From Nitrosopumilus sp. (GTDB lineage: Archaea; Thermoproteota; Nitrososphaeria; Nitrososphaerales; Nitrosopumilaceae), in contig CBDBLO010000002.1 in assembly GCA_965207075.1 (NCBI GenBank), positions 64,001 through 128,000 of the forward strand: a stretch of 64,000 bases of DNA, in the 5' to 3' direction. The stretch's first letter is position 1; each line of letters opens with the position of its first letter. The notes beneath the pieces were generated by a model that saw only the letters and a list, made by a program, of their open reading frames with translations, was not told the DNA's origin and did not search any database. Positions 17,889-27,787 of the stretch are shown piece after piece. The position numbers and the translations under genes are program-made.

Positions 17889-19565
17889 TTATCGGTGGCG
17901 CCTCTTGTGCGCAAGTACGGCCGCCGCGGCCATTATTGCAAGCGAGCCGGCCATGCCCGCCGCCGCGGCCGGCTCGGCCGCGCCGTGCAGCGCGTACACG
18001 ACGGCCGATCCCGCAAACACGGCCCCGGAGAATATCGAGCCGGACAAAAGTATCATGTTGGCGTCGGCGCGGTTCTCCCGCCGCCTTGTGCCGAACGCGT
18101 GCGGCTTGGACTCGTCCAGATACCGCTTGAGCTCGGGCGCGATCGATATCGTCGCGTCAATCGACTTTGCAAGCCTCGTTATGGAGTGCTTTATCTCCTC
18201 CACGTACGCGTCCTTGATGAGGCTCTCCTCCTCCAGGATCTCGCGCAGCACGCGCACGAACTTGAAGTCGACCTCGTGCGTCTTGTATATGCCCTCTATG
18301 ATCGAGGCCATCCTCATGTACAGCGCCAGGTTCTTTGGAAGCACGAACGGAAACCGGCTCATCGTGCGGTTTGCCATCTCCATCAGGCTCTGCACCTCCA
18401 TCTCGTCGGGCTTGCGCCCGTGCATGGCCCTGACTGTCATCTCGACTCCCCTCTCCACCACCTCCCTGTTCGTATCGGGCACGAGCATGCCAAGGTCGCT
18501 CATCGCGTTGACCGTCCGGGGCGGATCCTTCTCGACCAGGGCCAGGTACAGGCGGACCAGCCTCATCCTGGTCTCGTCGTCGAGCCTGCCCACCATCCCA
18601 TAGTCGTAGAGGATCAGCCTGCCGTCGTCGGTTACGGATATGTTCCCGGGGTGCGGATCCGCGTGGAATACGGAGTGCCTCAGCAGCATCGTAAAGAAGA
18701 CCTTGTGCACGTCGACTACCAGCCTCTGCCGGTCGATTCCCTTCTCGTCAAGCGACGCGATGTCCGTTATCTTGATGCCGGGTATGTACTCCATGGTCAG
18801 GACGTCCCTTGAGGACAGGTCGTCTAGCACCGACGGCACTATCACCGACGATGACGACGACGCGGCGCCGTTGCTGCCGTTACGGCGGCGGCGGCGGCTG
18901 CTGCTGCTACCGCCGCCGGCAGAGGACATGTCCCTCTTTATCCTCTTGAGGTTGTCCGACTCGGCGGTATAGTCCATCTCCTCCCGGATGCTCTCGGTAA
19001 ACTGGGAGAGCATGGCCTGCGCCGAGTACCTCAGGTTCGGGTCGACAAAGCGCAGGGCAAGCGGCAGCGCCTTTTTGAGGGCGGCTAGATCGCGCTTGAC
19101 CATCCCCTCTATCCCGGGCCTCCTCACCTTGACTGCCACCTGCCTGCCGTCATACACGGCGCGGTACACCTGGCCCAGCGAGGCGCCCGATATGGGCGTC
19201 TTGTCGATCTCCTCAAACGTGTCGCCAAGCGGCCCCAGCTCCCTCTCAAGTATGGGTCTGACCTCCTCAAACGGCGCGGCCGGCACGTCGTCCTGGAGCT
19301 TGGCCAGCTCCCCGAGGTACGGGTGGGGCAGTATGTCCGCGCGCGACGAGAGCCACTGCCCCAGCTTGATGTAGACGGGCCCGAGCGATATGAGCGCGTT
19401 TAGCATGCGGCGAGCGTTTGAGCGGAACGCGTCCTCGTCAATCGCGCTGTCCTGCCCGCCGTCCCCGTCCTTGAGGCTGGCCCACCTGCGCCTGTCACGG
19501 CGCAGGGCAATCACGGACGGCAGCAGCTTCAACAGCACCATGACGGCGCGCAGCGTTGCAGACAT
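17889..19565 (-). CDS. ABC1/AarF/UbiB family kinase-like protein
   Basis: LGPVYIKLGQ, ASLGQVY, VAVKV, HADPHPGN, DYGM. Confidence 0.92.
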   Translation of the reverse strand: MSATLRAVMVLLKLLPSVIALRRDRRRWASLKDGDGGQDSAIDEDAFRSNARRMLNALISLGPVYIKLGQWLSSRADILPHPYLGELAKLQDDVPAAPFEEVRPILERELGPLGDTFEEIDKTPISGASLGQVYRAVYDGRQVAVKVRRPGIEGMVKRDLAALKKALPLALRFVDPNLRYSAQAMLSQFTESIREEMDYTAESDNLKRIKRDMSSAGGGSSSSRRRRRNGSNGAASSSSSVIVPSVLDDLSSRDVLTMEYIPGIKITDIASLDEKGIDRQRLVVDVHKVFFTMLLRHSVFHADPHPGNISVTDDGRLILYDYGMVGRLDDETRMRLVRLYLALVEKDPPRTVNAMSDLGMLVPDTNREVVERGVEMTVRAMHGRKPDEMEVQSLMEMANRTMSRFPFVLPKNLALYMRMASIIEGIYKTHEVDFKFVRVLREILEEESLIKDAYVEEIKHSITRLAKSIDATISIAPELKRYLDESKPHAFGTRRRENRADANMILLSGSIFSGAVFAGSAVVYALHGAAEPAAAAGMAGSLAIMAAAAVLAHKRRHR

Positions 19566-19568
19566 CAG

Positions 19569-20015
19569 TCACACCTCGGTGTCGCGGCGGCGTAGCCTGC
19601 GGCGGACCTCTTTTGCGGCCGCGTACGACGCGCATCCCGACGCGGCGGCCGCGGCGGCGGCCACGAGCAGAGAGCGGCCAGTCCTCCCGCTGTCGTTTCC
19701 GCCGCTGCAGCCTACGCTCTTTGATGCGGCGTATGCAAGCGCGCCCGCCGCAAGCCCGCAGCCGGCACCGATCAGAACCTCGGGCGCGTCGCGTATCAGG
19801 TGCCCGAGCGGGTCCCTGCGCGGATCCACCCTGTCCGCGTGCACGGTATAGCAGTCGTCATACTCCCGTATGTGCAGGTTGCCATACCTGTACTGCCGGC
19901 GGGAGCCCTGCGGCTCGCCCAGCACGGTCTCCTCGGCCCAGTCGGGCATAAACTCGCGCGCCTCCTTTGGGACGCGTATCTCATTATGATCGCCTGCGTC
20001 ATACATGTGCAACAT
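19569..20015 (-). CDS. Hypothetical membrane protein
   Basis: HIREY...H.D..DP...PLGHL..DAP motif and C-terminal hydrophobic helices. Confidence 0.7.
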   Translation of the reverse strand: MLHMYDAGDHNEIRVPKEAREFMPDWAEETVLGEPQGSRRQYRYGNLHIREYDDCYTVHADRVDPRRDPLGHLIRDAPEVLIGAGCGLAAGALAYAASKSVGCSGGNDSGRTGRSLLVAAAAAAASGCASYAAAKEVRRRLRRRDTEV

Positions 20016-20110
20016 GCATGGTTGCGGTTGGTTATAACCTTAGAGATCGGGCTGCCCGCAGATCGCGCCACAATCGGATCGCGAGCGACTCCCTCTTCCT
20101 CAGTTACTGC

Positions 20111-20446
20111 TCACTTATGGTACCCATGACTCTCATGTGCTACCTGAAACGACAGCCTTTCTAGGGTCTTGGCCCTCTCAGAGTCGGGGTTGATCTTGAA
20201 CATTATTGCCCTGCCCACGCTTCTTGTCCGAAGCAGTACGCCGTCGGATTCAAGCCTGTGGACTATGCGTAACGTGGTCTTTATCCCGACACCCGACATG
20301 TTGGCAATGTCCGTGATGGAATAGTCAAACGCCTTCATGATTATCATGTGATCCAGTATGCGCGACTCCGAGCACGGAAGGATGTTCGCTAGCGGCCCGA
20401 CATCCCCCTCCAACTGTTGGTCTACTGCATGTGCAGTCATTACCAT
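20111..20446 (-). CDS. Winged helix-turn-helix protein
   Basis: RILD.M...FDYSITDIA..SGV...T...TRSVGRA.MFKIN pattern; lower GC. Confidence 0.7.
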   Translation of the reverse strand: MVMTAHAVDQQLEGDVGPLANILPCSESRILDHMIIMKAFDYSITDIANMSGVGIKTTLRIVHRLESDGVLLRTRSVGRAIMFKINPDSERAKTLERLSFQVAHESHGYHK

Positions 20447-20531
20447 GCTGTATGGAGGGGAAGATAAGATATAATTTTACCCACAATATGGTAAAATGAT
20501 ACCATATGTGTGACTCCTGCCGGTCTGCAGC

Positions 20532-20664
20532 ATGAGCAAAATTGAGATTACAGTACTGAGGAAAATGCACTCGTATTGTTATGTTGGCAAAAGGCATAAC
20601 ATCGTTGGACAACCTACCCAAGGGTTTTTCAAAGAACGAACATGGCAACGAGACTAAGACGTGA
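20532..20664 (+). pseudogene. Frameshifted and truncated small archaeal hypothetical gene
   Basis: Removing one A near 20598 gives MSKIEITVLRKMHSYCYVGKRHTSLDNLPKGFSKNEHG, recalling an archaeal G.KHT..ENLPKGFP family (from memory). Confidence 0.45.
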
Positions 20665-20688
20665 CAAGTATATCGCGCGTTCCATAAA

Positions 20689-20895
20689 TCAGGATGCAAA
20701 CCCGCGCTTCATCTTCTGCTTTGTGAATACGGCAAAGCTCGCGACAAAGGCGGCCAGCATGCCTATGCCCGTGACATACGCATAGTTGAACGCGCCGGGA
20801 TCGTCGCTTTCCGTGTGGCCCGTGTTGATCGCAAAGGTCGCGACAAGCAGCGCGGCCCCCGCGAACGCCAAGAGTCTGTGAAGCTCCAACGGCAT
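20689..20895 (-). CDS. Small two-TM membrane protein
   Basis: Two hydrophobic segments; TATTAAT box upstream. Confidence 0.6.
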   Translation of the reverse strand: MPLELHRLLAFAGAALLVATFAINTGHTESDDPGAFNYAYVTGIGMLAAFVASFAVFTKQKMKRGFAS

Positions 20896-20944
20896 CTGTG
20901 CGCGGCCCCCGCATTAATAACCAACCAGTTGCGTGGCGGGCGGG

Positions 20945-22456
20945 TCACAGCTTGGCGGCCGCACCTGAGGGGCCGCCCGCGGTGCCGCTGTCGTCGTCGC
21001 CGTCGGCGTCGCCCGCGCCTGCATCGTCGTCAAGGTACGCTTCGTCGCGCCTGCTGCGCCGCCTCGCGGCCACGCGCCACAGGACGATAACCACGCCTAT
21101 CACCGCGAGGATCGCGACTGCCACAAGCGTGTTGACCGGGCTGCCGTCGCCGCCCCCTTCTCCAAGGCCGGCGCCCGCCCCGTCGCCGGGCGCGCTCAAA
21201 TCAAACGGGTTGCGCTCAGGCGGGGGCGGCTCCGGGACGGCCACCCGCGCGTCGTGGCTGAGCACGTGCTCCTCCCTTATGCTGTCCTTGTATCTCACGT
21301 CTATCCGTATGTCGTGCTCCCCGTACCTTGGCTGGCCCTCGAATTCAGCGGGTATGTTAAACGGAACCGGCGCGTCGACCTCTATCTCGTCGATGAACTG
21401 CGTGACGGGCCTCAGGTTGGAGCCCTCTAGGGGAGTCACGTGCACGAACCCGAAGAGCCCGTCCTCGTTTCCCTCGTTTATGATCTCGCCTATGATCATG
21501 GGCTCGCCGGATATCTCGATCACCCCCACGTTGAACACGGACAGCTCTATGAGCCCCTTTACGAAAAAGTCCACGATCTTCGATACGGTCACCTTGTCCC
21601 CGTGTGCGTTGTAGTACGACACCTCAAGCGGTATGCGCAGGGTCTCGCCGCTGAGCGTCTCCGGGACGTACACGGTCGTGGTGATTATACTTGAGCCCCC
21701 GGGCCCGATCTGCCCCAGGTCCCAGCTCGAGGCGGAGAGCACCACGTTCTCGACGTTGGTGGTGGAGGCTGCAGTCGAGACGCGCTCCGTCTGCGTGTTC
21801 GCGGCAGTGACCTCGACACCCGCAAGCGGGGCCGTCCCGTCGTTTGCAATCAGTACGTCGATCTCGTTCACGCGCAGGGACGTCAGGAACGGCTCCAGGG
21901 CCCTTACGTTGACCACCGTGTCGCCGGTGACCTTGAAGTCAAACGTCTCAAACGCGGTGCGCGTGCCGGACTCGCGCAGCCTCGAATAGTCCACCTTGGC
22001 CGCGGCCGTATACTGCTGTATCTCCGTGTTCGCGTCTATGTTGACAAAGAACGTGAGCGCAAAGCTCTCGCCGGCCCTGGAGTTCGAGTCGCTGTCCGCG
22101 TATATGACCGACCCGGGGCCGTCGGAGGGGGAGAACCCGAGCGGCATCGACAGCTGCCCCCGGATCCCGGTTATATCCTGCGTGCCGACGTTTGCGAATA
22201 TCACCGTGAACGGGACGTTGCTGTCACCGGCCTCCACCTCTATCTTCTCGTCGGCCGTGCCAAAGTACGCGTCAAGGAACTTTACGTCGCCAAAGTCGCG
22301 CTCAAACGGCGAGTCTCCAAAGCCGCCGTACGTAGGGAGTTGGGCGTGCGCCGGCGCGGGCATCGCGGCAGACGCGAGCAGGGGCAGTACCAGCACCAGC
22401 ACCAGCACCAGCGGCAGCGGGGCGGCTGGCAGACGAGGGGCCGCCGTTGCGCCCAT
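20945..22456 (-). CDS. Secreted S-layer-domain (COG1361-like) protein associated with an ABC exporter
   Basis: Signal peptide, Ig-like N.G repeats, C-terminal TM with basic tail. Confidence 0.75.
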   Translation of the reverse strand: MGATAAPRLPAAPLPLVLVLVLVLPLLASAAMPAPAHAQLPTYGGFGDSPFERDFGDVKFLDAYFGTADEKIEVEAGDSNVPFTVIFANVGTQDITGIRGQLSMPLGFSPSDGPGSVIYADSDSNSRAGESFALTFFVNIDANTEIQQYTAAAKVDYSRLRESGTRTAFETFDFKVTGDTVVNVRALEPFLTSLRVNEIDVLIANDGTAPLAGVEVTAANTQTERVSTAASTTNVENVVLSASSWDLGQIGPGGSSIITTTVYVPETLSGETLRIPLEVSYYNAHGDKVTVSKIVDFFVKGLIELSVFNVGVIEISGEPMIIGEIINEGNEDGLFGFVHVTPLEGSNLRPVTQFIDEIEVDAPVPFNIPAEFEGQPRYGEHDIRIDVRYKDSIREEHVLSHDARVAVPEPPPPERNPFDLSAPGDGAGAGLGEGGGDGSPVNTLVAVAILAVIGVVIVLWRVAARRRSRRDEAYLDDDAGAGDADGDDDSGTAGGPSGAAAKL

Positions 22457-23224
22457 CTACGGGAGCACCCCCCTCTTGCGCGCTGCTGTTGCCGCGGCGG
22501 CGGCGGTGGGGGCAGTAGCGGCGGGCGCCTCCTGGCCGCCCCCCTCCTCCTCCTCGTACACCCTTCCGTCGCTGACGGTTATCACCCTGTCGACCTCGCC
22601 AAAGTACTCCCTGTCGTGCGTCACGACCACGAACGTCTGGTTGAGCCTCCTGGCCGTGTCCTTCATGAGCCGCACGACCGACTCGGACGACACGGAGTCG
22701 AGGTTTCCCGTCGGCTCGTCGGCAAGCACGATCGAGGGCCTGTTTATCAGGCCCCGGGCTATGGCCGCCCTCTGCGCCTGCCCCCCCGAGACCTTGTTTG
22801 CGCGCTGCGCCGCCTGAGCCTCCAGGCCGACGGACCTCAGCAGTTCCAGCGCGTCGCGCCGCGGCCTGCCGCCGCGCGCCCAGCCGCCGCCGGCAATCTG
22901 CCTGGGCAGCATCACGTTCTCGAGTATGGTCAGGTCCACAAGCAGGTTTGCAAACTGGGCCACGAACCCCAGGCGCCTGTTGCGGAACGCGGCCAGGCCG
23001 GAGCTGCCCAGCCTGGTCGTGTCCACGCCCTCTATAATGACGCGGCCGCTGGTCGGCGAGCTCAGGAGCCCTATCATGTTGAGCAGCGTGGTCTTGCCGC
23101 TGCCGGACGCGCCCACGATCAGCACGAACTCCCCGCGGCGTATGTCAAAGGACGCGCCGCGCAGCGCCGTCACGCGGGTCTCGTCCTGCCCGTACGACTT
23201 TGTGACGCCGCGCGCCCGCAGCAC
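22457..23224 (-). CDS. ABC transporter ATP-binding protein (LolD/MacB type)
   Basis: GASGSGKT, VSGGQAQR, ADEPTGNLD, VTHD. Confidence 0.93.
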   Translation of the reverse strand: MLRARGVTKSYGQDETRVTALRGASFDIRRGEFVLIVGASGSGKTTLLNMIGLLSSPTSGRVIIEGVDTTRLGSSGLAAFRNRRLGFVAQFANLLVDLTILENVMLPRQIAGGGWARGGRPRRDALELLRSVGLEAQAAQRANKVSGGQAQRAAIARGLINRPSIVLADEPTGNLDSVSSESVVRLMKDTARRLNQTFVVVTHDREYFGEVDRVITVSDGRVYEEEEGGGQEAPAATAPTAAAAATAARKRGVLP

Positions 23225-23249
23225 GACGTCCCCCCCTCTCCCCGCGCCG

Positions 23250-24437
23250 TCAGACAGCCCTCATCGCCTCCACAGGCACCAGCTTGGTCGCCCTATACGA
23301 CGGGTACAGCGACGCCACCACCGCGAGCGCAAACGAGGTCAGCGCGGTCTGCAGTATCTTGGCCCAGTCGTAGCTCACCTCCAGCGGCAGGCTGTTGTTG
23401 AACGACATCTTGGTCTCCTTTGCGTAAAACGTGTACGACAGGCCCGCCGCGGTCCCCACCCCGGCGCCTATCGCGCCTATCAGCATGCCCTGCATGATGA
23501 ATATCACCAGCACGTCGCGGCGCCTGGCGCCCAGCGCGCGCAGTATCCCGATCTCGCGCGTCTTTCCGTTGACTATCATCATCTGTATGGTCACTATTGC
23601 AAACGCGGAGGACATCATCCCAAAGTACCCTATCATGTTTATCATCGCTATGCCGGACCGGAACCCCTGCAGCTGCTCCTCGGAGGCCTCCTCTATGGTC
23701 TCGGCCACAAAGTCGTCGTTCGGGAACGAGCGCAGAAACAGGTCGCGCACGGCGGCCGCCTGCCCCTCGTCGGCCATCCTGACCATGAACGAGCCGGTCT
23801 CCCCCTCGCGCGCCATCATGTCGCGGAGCGTGTCGATGTGCATCACTACCGTATAGTCGAACCCCTGGCCGCCCGGCGAGCTGGCGATGCCGGACACCAC
23901 TAGGCGCCTGACCTGCTCCTCGCCCCACCTGTCGACGATCATCACCTTGACGCTGTCGCCGACCGCTGCCCCTCCCAGGTCCCTTGCCACGTTGGTGCCC
24001 AGCACCACGGAGTTGCGCGCAAACACGTAGCTGCCCTCCGATATGGTCTCGTGCACCGTCGACGCCCTGATGTCGCGGTACGGGTCGACGCCCACGATCG
24101 GCACGCGCGTCTCCTCGATCAGCCGGCCGCCCTTTGTGATGTTGATCTCGGCCGAGGCCGAGAGCCTGGGCGCGACGGCCTCCACCGACGGGTTCCGCTC
24201 AAACCAGCTTGCGACGGCCAGGTCGGACCTCGTGATGAAGCTGTCCTCGTCCGTGATTATGATGTCCCCGGTGCGGTAGTCGCCTATGTCGCGGACTATG
24301 GCGTCATAGAGCCCCTGGAATATGACAAAGTTGACGTGTATAACGAGTATCCCGATGGTGACGGCAAGCACCGCCCCTATCAGGCTGCCCCTGCGGTTGA
24401 AGAGCATCCTCTTGGCAAGACGAGGCCTGTAGCCCAT
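23250..24437 (-). CDS. ABC transporter permease (FtsX/LolE/MacB type)
   Basis: KTREIGILRALGA, LYPSYRA..L.PVEAMR. Confidence 0.9.
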   Translation of the reverse strand: MGYRPRLAKRMLFNRRGSLIGAVLAVTIGILVIHVNFVIFQGLYDAIVRDIGDYRTGDIIITDEDSFITRSDLAVASWFERNPSVEAVAPRLSASAEINITKGGRLIEETRVPIVGVDPYRDIRASTVHETISEGSYVFARNSVVLGTNVARDLGGAAVGDSVKVMIVDRWGEEQVRRLVVSGIASSPGGQGFDYTVVMHIDTLRDMMAREGETGSFMVRMADEGQAAAVRDLFLRSFPNDDFVAETIEEASEEQLQGFRSGIAMINMIGYFGMMSSAFAIVTIQMMIVNGKTREIGILRALGARRRDVLVIFIMQGMLIGAIGAGVGTAAGLSYTFYAKETKMSFNNSLPLEVSYDWAKILQTALTSFALAVVASLYPSYRATKLVPVEAMRAV

Positions 24438-24553
24438 GGTATGTATATCTGAGTCTGATATATAATGTATTTCATGCTAATTAAGAAAATTATGGACAAT
24501 TCCGTGGCATATTAGATATTTCTATATTATGGTAGTGGTCTATACATATCATA

Positions 24554-25465
24554 ATGGACAATTTGGACATAGGCATACTGAGCGCGCTGCTTGACAACTG
24601 CCGGGAGTCGGACCGCGCCATAGGCAGGAGGCTCGGCGTGTCGGGCGGCGCCGTGAGGGCGCGCAGGCAGAAGATGGAGGACGCCGGCGTGATAAACGGA
24701 TATGCGGTAAAGGTGGAGCCGCCCCTGCTCGGGTACGGCGTCCTGTACGTGGTGGTGACGGGCCAGGACACGGAGGAGATACTGGGACAGTGCAGCCTGA
24801 TAGGAAGCCCGTACCTGGTGGTGCCGTGCGTGGGAGGCATAACGGTGTGCGGGGTGGTGGTGAAGATGGAGGACGGCGCGCGGATGCAGCAGAAGATCAA
24901 GCTGGCGCGGGAGATCATGCGCGACGTCAGGATACTCTCGATATTCGAGGCCGGGGGCGCGGGGGGCGCGGGCCGCCTGACCAGGACCGACATGGAGGTG
25001 CTCGGGAGGCTCGCCGAGTCGCCGCGGCGCAGGACCGACGACATTGCAAGGGAGACGGGGCTCTCCCCGAAGACCGTCGCGCGCTGCAGGGACAAGCTGC
25101 ACGCGATCCCCGACGTGCAGTTCACGCTGACGTATGATCCCGAGAAGCTGGAGGGGTACATACCGTACGCGGTGCTCGCGTGGACGGGGGACGACGAGCC
25201 GTCCGGCGCGCTGCGGCACCTTGACAAGAGATTCTCGGGGCACTATTTGCAGGCCCCTTTTGTGGCAAGGAACCAGGTGGTGCTGTTCATGTACTGCAGG
25301 ACCATATACGAGATGGACGCGGTGACTGAGGAGGTGAGGCAATCGCCGCCGGTGAGCGCGGCCGACCTGTTCATACCAAAAAAGATCTCGCTTTATGACG
25401 GGTGGCTGAGGGACGCCGTTGCAGAGGCCTGCGCGTCGCCAAGGCTACACCTGGCGCAGCGCTAG
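24554..25465 (+). CDS. Lrp/AsnC family regulator with two HTH domains
   Basis: D.LD..IL..L..NCR.S...IG..LGVS N-terminal HTH and a second HTH; divergent from the ABC operon. Confidence 0.85.
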   Translation: MDNLDIGILSALLDNCRESDRAIGRRLGVSGGAVRARRQKMEDAGVINGYAVKVEPPLLGYGVLYVVVTGQDTEEILGQCSLIGSPYLVVPCVGGITVCGVVVKMEDGARMQQKIKLAREIMRDVRILSIFEAGGAGGAGRLTRTDMEVLGRLAESPRRRTDDIARETGLSPKTVARCRDKLHAIPDVQFTLTYDPEKLEGYIPYAVLAWTGDDEPSGALRHLDKRFSGHYLQAPFVARNQVVLFMYCRTIYEMDAVTEEVRQSPPVSAADLFIPKKISLYDGWLRDAVAEACASPRLHLAQR

Positions 25466-25477
25466 CGCGCGGCGCGG

Positions 25478-27733
25478 TCACGCTCTGCTGTCAGGCTCCT
25501 CCCCCTTCCCGTCAGGCTCCTCCCCCGTCACTGGCGCGCCGTCGCGCGCGCCGTCCCCGCCGTCCTCATCCTCCTCGTCCCACCAGTCATAGTCGTATAC
25601 GGCCGCGCCCCTCTCCTTCATAAAGTACTCCTCCCACCGCTCCTCGGCAGTCGTCCTCTTGCGCCGCATGACCTGCGCGATCCCGTGCCTCGATTCTGCT
25701 ATGGGCAGGCCGACTATGAGGGAGGTCGCGACGCACACCCAGACCAGGGCTATGCCGACCCACAGGTAGAAGAACCCCATGCCAAACACGTACCCCGTGA
25801 AGAAGAGCGGCATGGGCCACGCCAGGGTCAGGGTCAGCGTAATGGCCACGCCCCCCCTGAGGCTGAACTTGAAGGCCTTTTGCAGGGTCGCCTCGTCGGC
25901 GTCGGGATCCGCCGCATCGTCCCTGACGCCGGCGCCGCCGGTGTCCACGAGCTTGATTTTATACCTCATCATGTTCCAGTCGAATCTGGCGCGGGACGCC
26001 AGACTCCCGACTAACGTTATGGCGCCGCCCGTAACTATGCCCGCTATGTTCCCGGCGAGCATCGAGTAGTTGTGGCCTAGGCTGGCAAGCGAGACCTCGC
26101 CCCCGAACTCCGGCAGCGACGCGGCCACGCCCGCCCACACGCCGAGCGCGGCAAACAGTCCGGCAACGGCGCCCGCGGTGGCGGCATACCTGTTTGTGTG
26201 CCTCCACGTTATGGTCAGCGCTATCGGTATCACGGCGGAGCCTATCAGCACGCCCATGGCCAGGTATACGAACCCAAGCGAGAGGCCCATGCCGAGCAGC
26301 ACCGCGGCCAGGCCCCCCATGCCCACCCCGAACGCCACTATGGATATGCGCGACACCCTGAGCAGCTGCCTGCCAGTCGCGTTCGGCCTCTTGTACGTGC
26401 GGTACACGTCGTATGTGATCAGCGACGAGACGGCGATCAGCTCGGCCGACCCGGCGGCCGTGACGGCCATGAACAGTATGGCGAGCACCAGCACGGCCCC
26501 CGCCTCCCCCATCAGGACGGAGGCCGCGGCCGATATGGTCAGCCCGAGCTGGACCTCCTCCGGCGTCAGGTCGACCCCGAGCGCGACGGCGGCAAGCCCC
26601 ATCGTGCTTGCCAGCGCGAACGGGATGGCAAACCAGCACACGCCGCCGAGCAGAAAGGCCTTGACCGAGGCGGTGGGCCTGGAGGCGATGGCCCTCTGCC
26701 AGTACGCCTGGTCGACGAACACGGTGCCAAAGTTGCCCACTATGGTAATCACGCCGAATATCAGGCCGCCAACCGAGGCCATGGTCAGGTACGCGCCGGC
26801 CGCGTTGCCCTCGACCGGGTTGGCGCGCGCGGCCTCGACGAGCTTGTCGTACATGCCCTCGATGCCGCCCGTAATGGGGCTGGCAAAGTAGACCACGCCG
26901 GCGAAGATCAGTATCACGACGAATATGACGGCAGTGTGCATGTAGTTTGCGACAAACGTGGCCTTCAGCCCGCCGACCAGCGTGTACACTATGACGCCCA
27001 CCGGTATGAGCAGCGCGGCAGCGGAGATGTCCATGCCCGTCAGGCTGTTGACGACCGCGGCGCCGCCGAGCAGCAGCATGGCGGTTACGATCATGTTGGT
27101 CATCAGGGCGAACACCAGGAAGACCCGGTGGGCGCCGCCGCCGTACCTGGCCCGTATTATCTCCAGGAACGTGTGCGCGTTGGGCGCCTTGCGCTTGAGC
27201 TCGATTGCCAGTATGCCGAAGAGAAGGACCTGTATGGACGCGCCCGCCGCGTACCAGAACGGGCCGCTCACCCCGTACTGGTAGGCGACCGTCGAGGACT
27301 GCAGGATGGTGGCCGCCCACGTCCACGCGGACACGATGGCGGCCGCGGTCAGCCCGGTCTTGATCACCCTGCCCGCCGTGTTGAACCACTCGGAGGTCTG
27401 GGAGACCCCCAGGTACCGCTCCTCCACCTTCGTCTCGATCGTGATCACGACTGCAAAGACTGCCCCGAAGCCCACCACGACGAACCAGCCCCAGCTCTCG
27501 TCGAGCACGCTGCCGGACATGGACGCGGCGGCGGCTGCCGTATCGGCGGCGGTAGCAGCGGCATCGGCAAACGCCAGACCCGGAGCACAGGCGGCCGCCA
27601 CTGCAATGGCGCAGGCCGCCGCCATCGTAACCGCTGCCGCTGCATGCGGCGCAGGCCCCGAACGGCGGCGCGGCGGCAGCGGTGGTGTCGCGTTCGAAAA
27701 GCGGGGGATGTCCCCAAGCCGTACAATGATCAC
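25478..27733 (-). CDS. Sodium:solute symporter, DUR3-type urea transporter
   Basis: SEWFNTAGR, SAWTWAAT, GPFWYAAGA, AP.AHT, NFGTVFVDQAYWQR; start uncertain. Confidence 0.88.
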   Translation of the reverse strand: MIIVRLGDIPRFSNATPPLPPRRRSGPAPHAAAAVTMAAACAIAVAAACAPGLAFADAAATAADTAAAAASMSGSVLDESWGWFVVVGFGAVFAVVITIETKVEERYLGVSQTSEWFNTAGRVIKTGLTAAAIVSAWTWAATILQSSTVAYQYGVSGPFWYAAGASIQVLLFGILAIELKRKAPNAHTFLEIIRARYGGGAHRVFLVFALMTNMIVTAMLLLGGAAVVNSLTGMDISAAALLIPVGVIVYTLVGGLKATFVANYMHTAVIFVVILIFAGVVYFASPITGGIEGMYDKLVEAARANPVEGNAAGAYLTMASVGGLIFGVITIVGNFGTVFVDQAYWQRAIASRPTASVKAFLLGGVCWFAIPFALASTMGLAAVALGVDLTPEEVQLGLTISAAASVLMGEAGAVLVLAILFMAVTAAGSAELIAVSSLITYDVYRTYKRPNATGRQLLRVSRISIVAFGVGMGGLAAVLLGMGLSLGFVYLAMGVLIGSAVIPIALTITWRHTNRYAATAGAVAGLFAALGVWAGVAASLPEFGGEVSLASLGHNYSMLAGNIAGIVTGGAITLVGSLASRARFDWNMMRYKIKLVDTGGAGVRDDAADPDADEATLQKAFKFSLRGGVAITLTLTLAWPMPLFFTGYVFGMGFFYLWVGIALVWVCVATSLIVGLPIAESRHGIAQVMRRKRTTAEERWEEYFMKERGAAVYDYDWWDEEDEDGGDGARDGAPVTGEEPDGKGEEPDSRA

Positions 27734-27765
27734 GGGACGCCTAGTACAAATCTCTATTTAGGTTT

Positions 27766-27787
27766 GGTTCTGTCAAGTTAGCGAGTC
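27766..27787 (+). repeat. Terminal inverted repeat (tnpB 3' side)
   Basis: GGTTCTGTCAAGTTAGCGAGTC; contains the tnpB stop codon. Confidence 0.92.
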
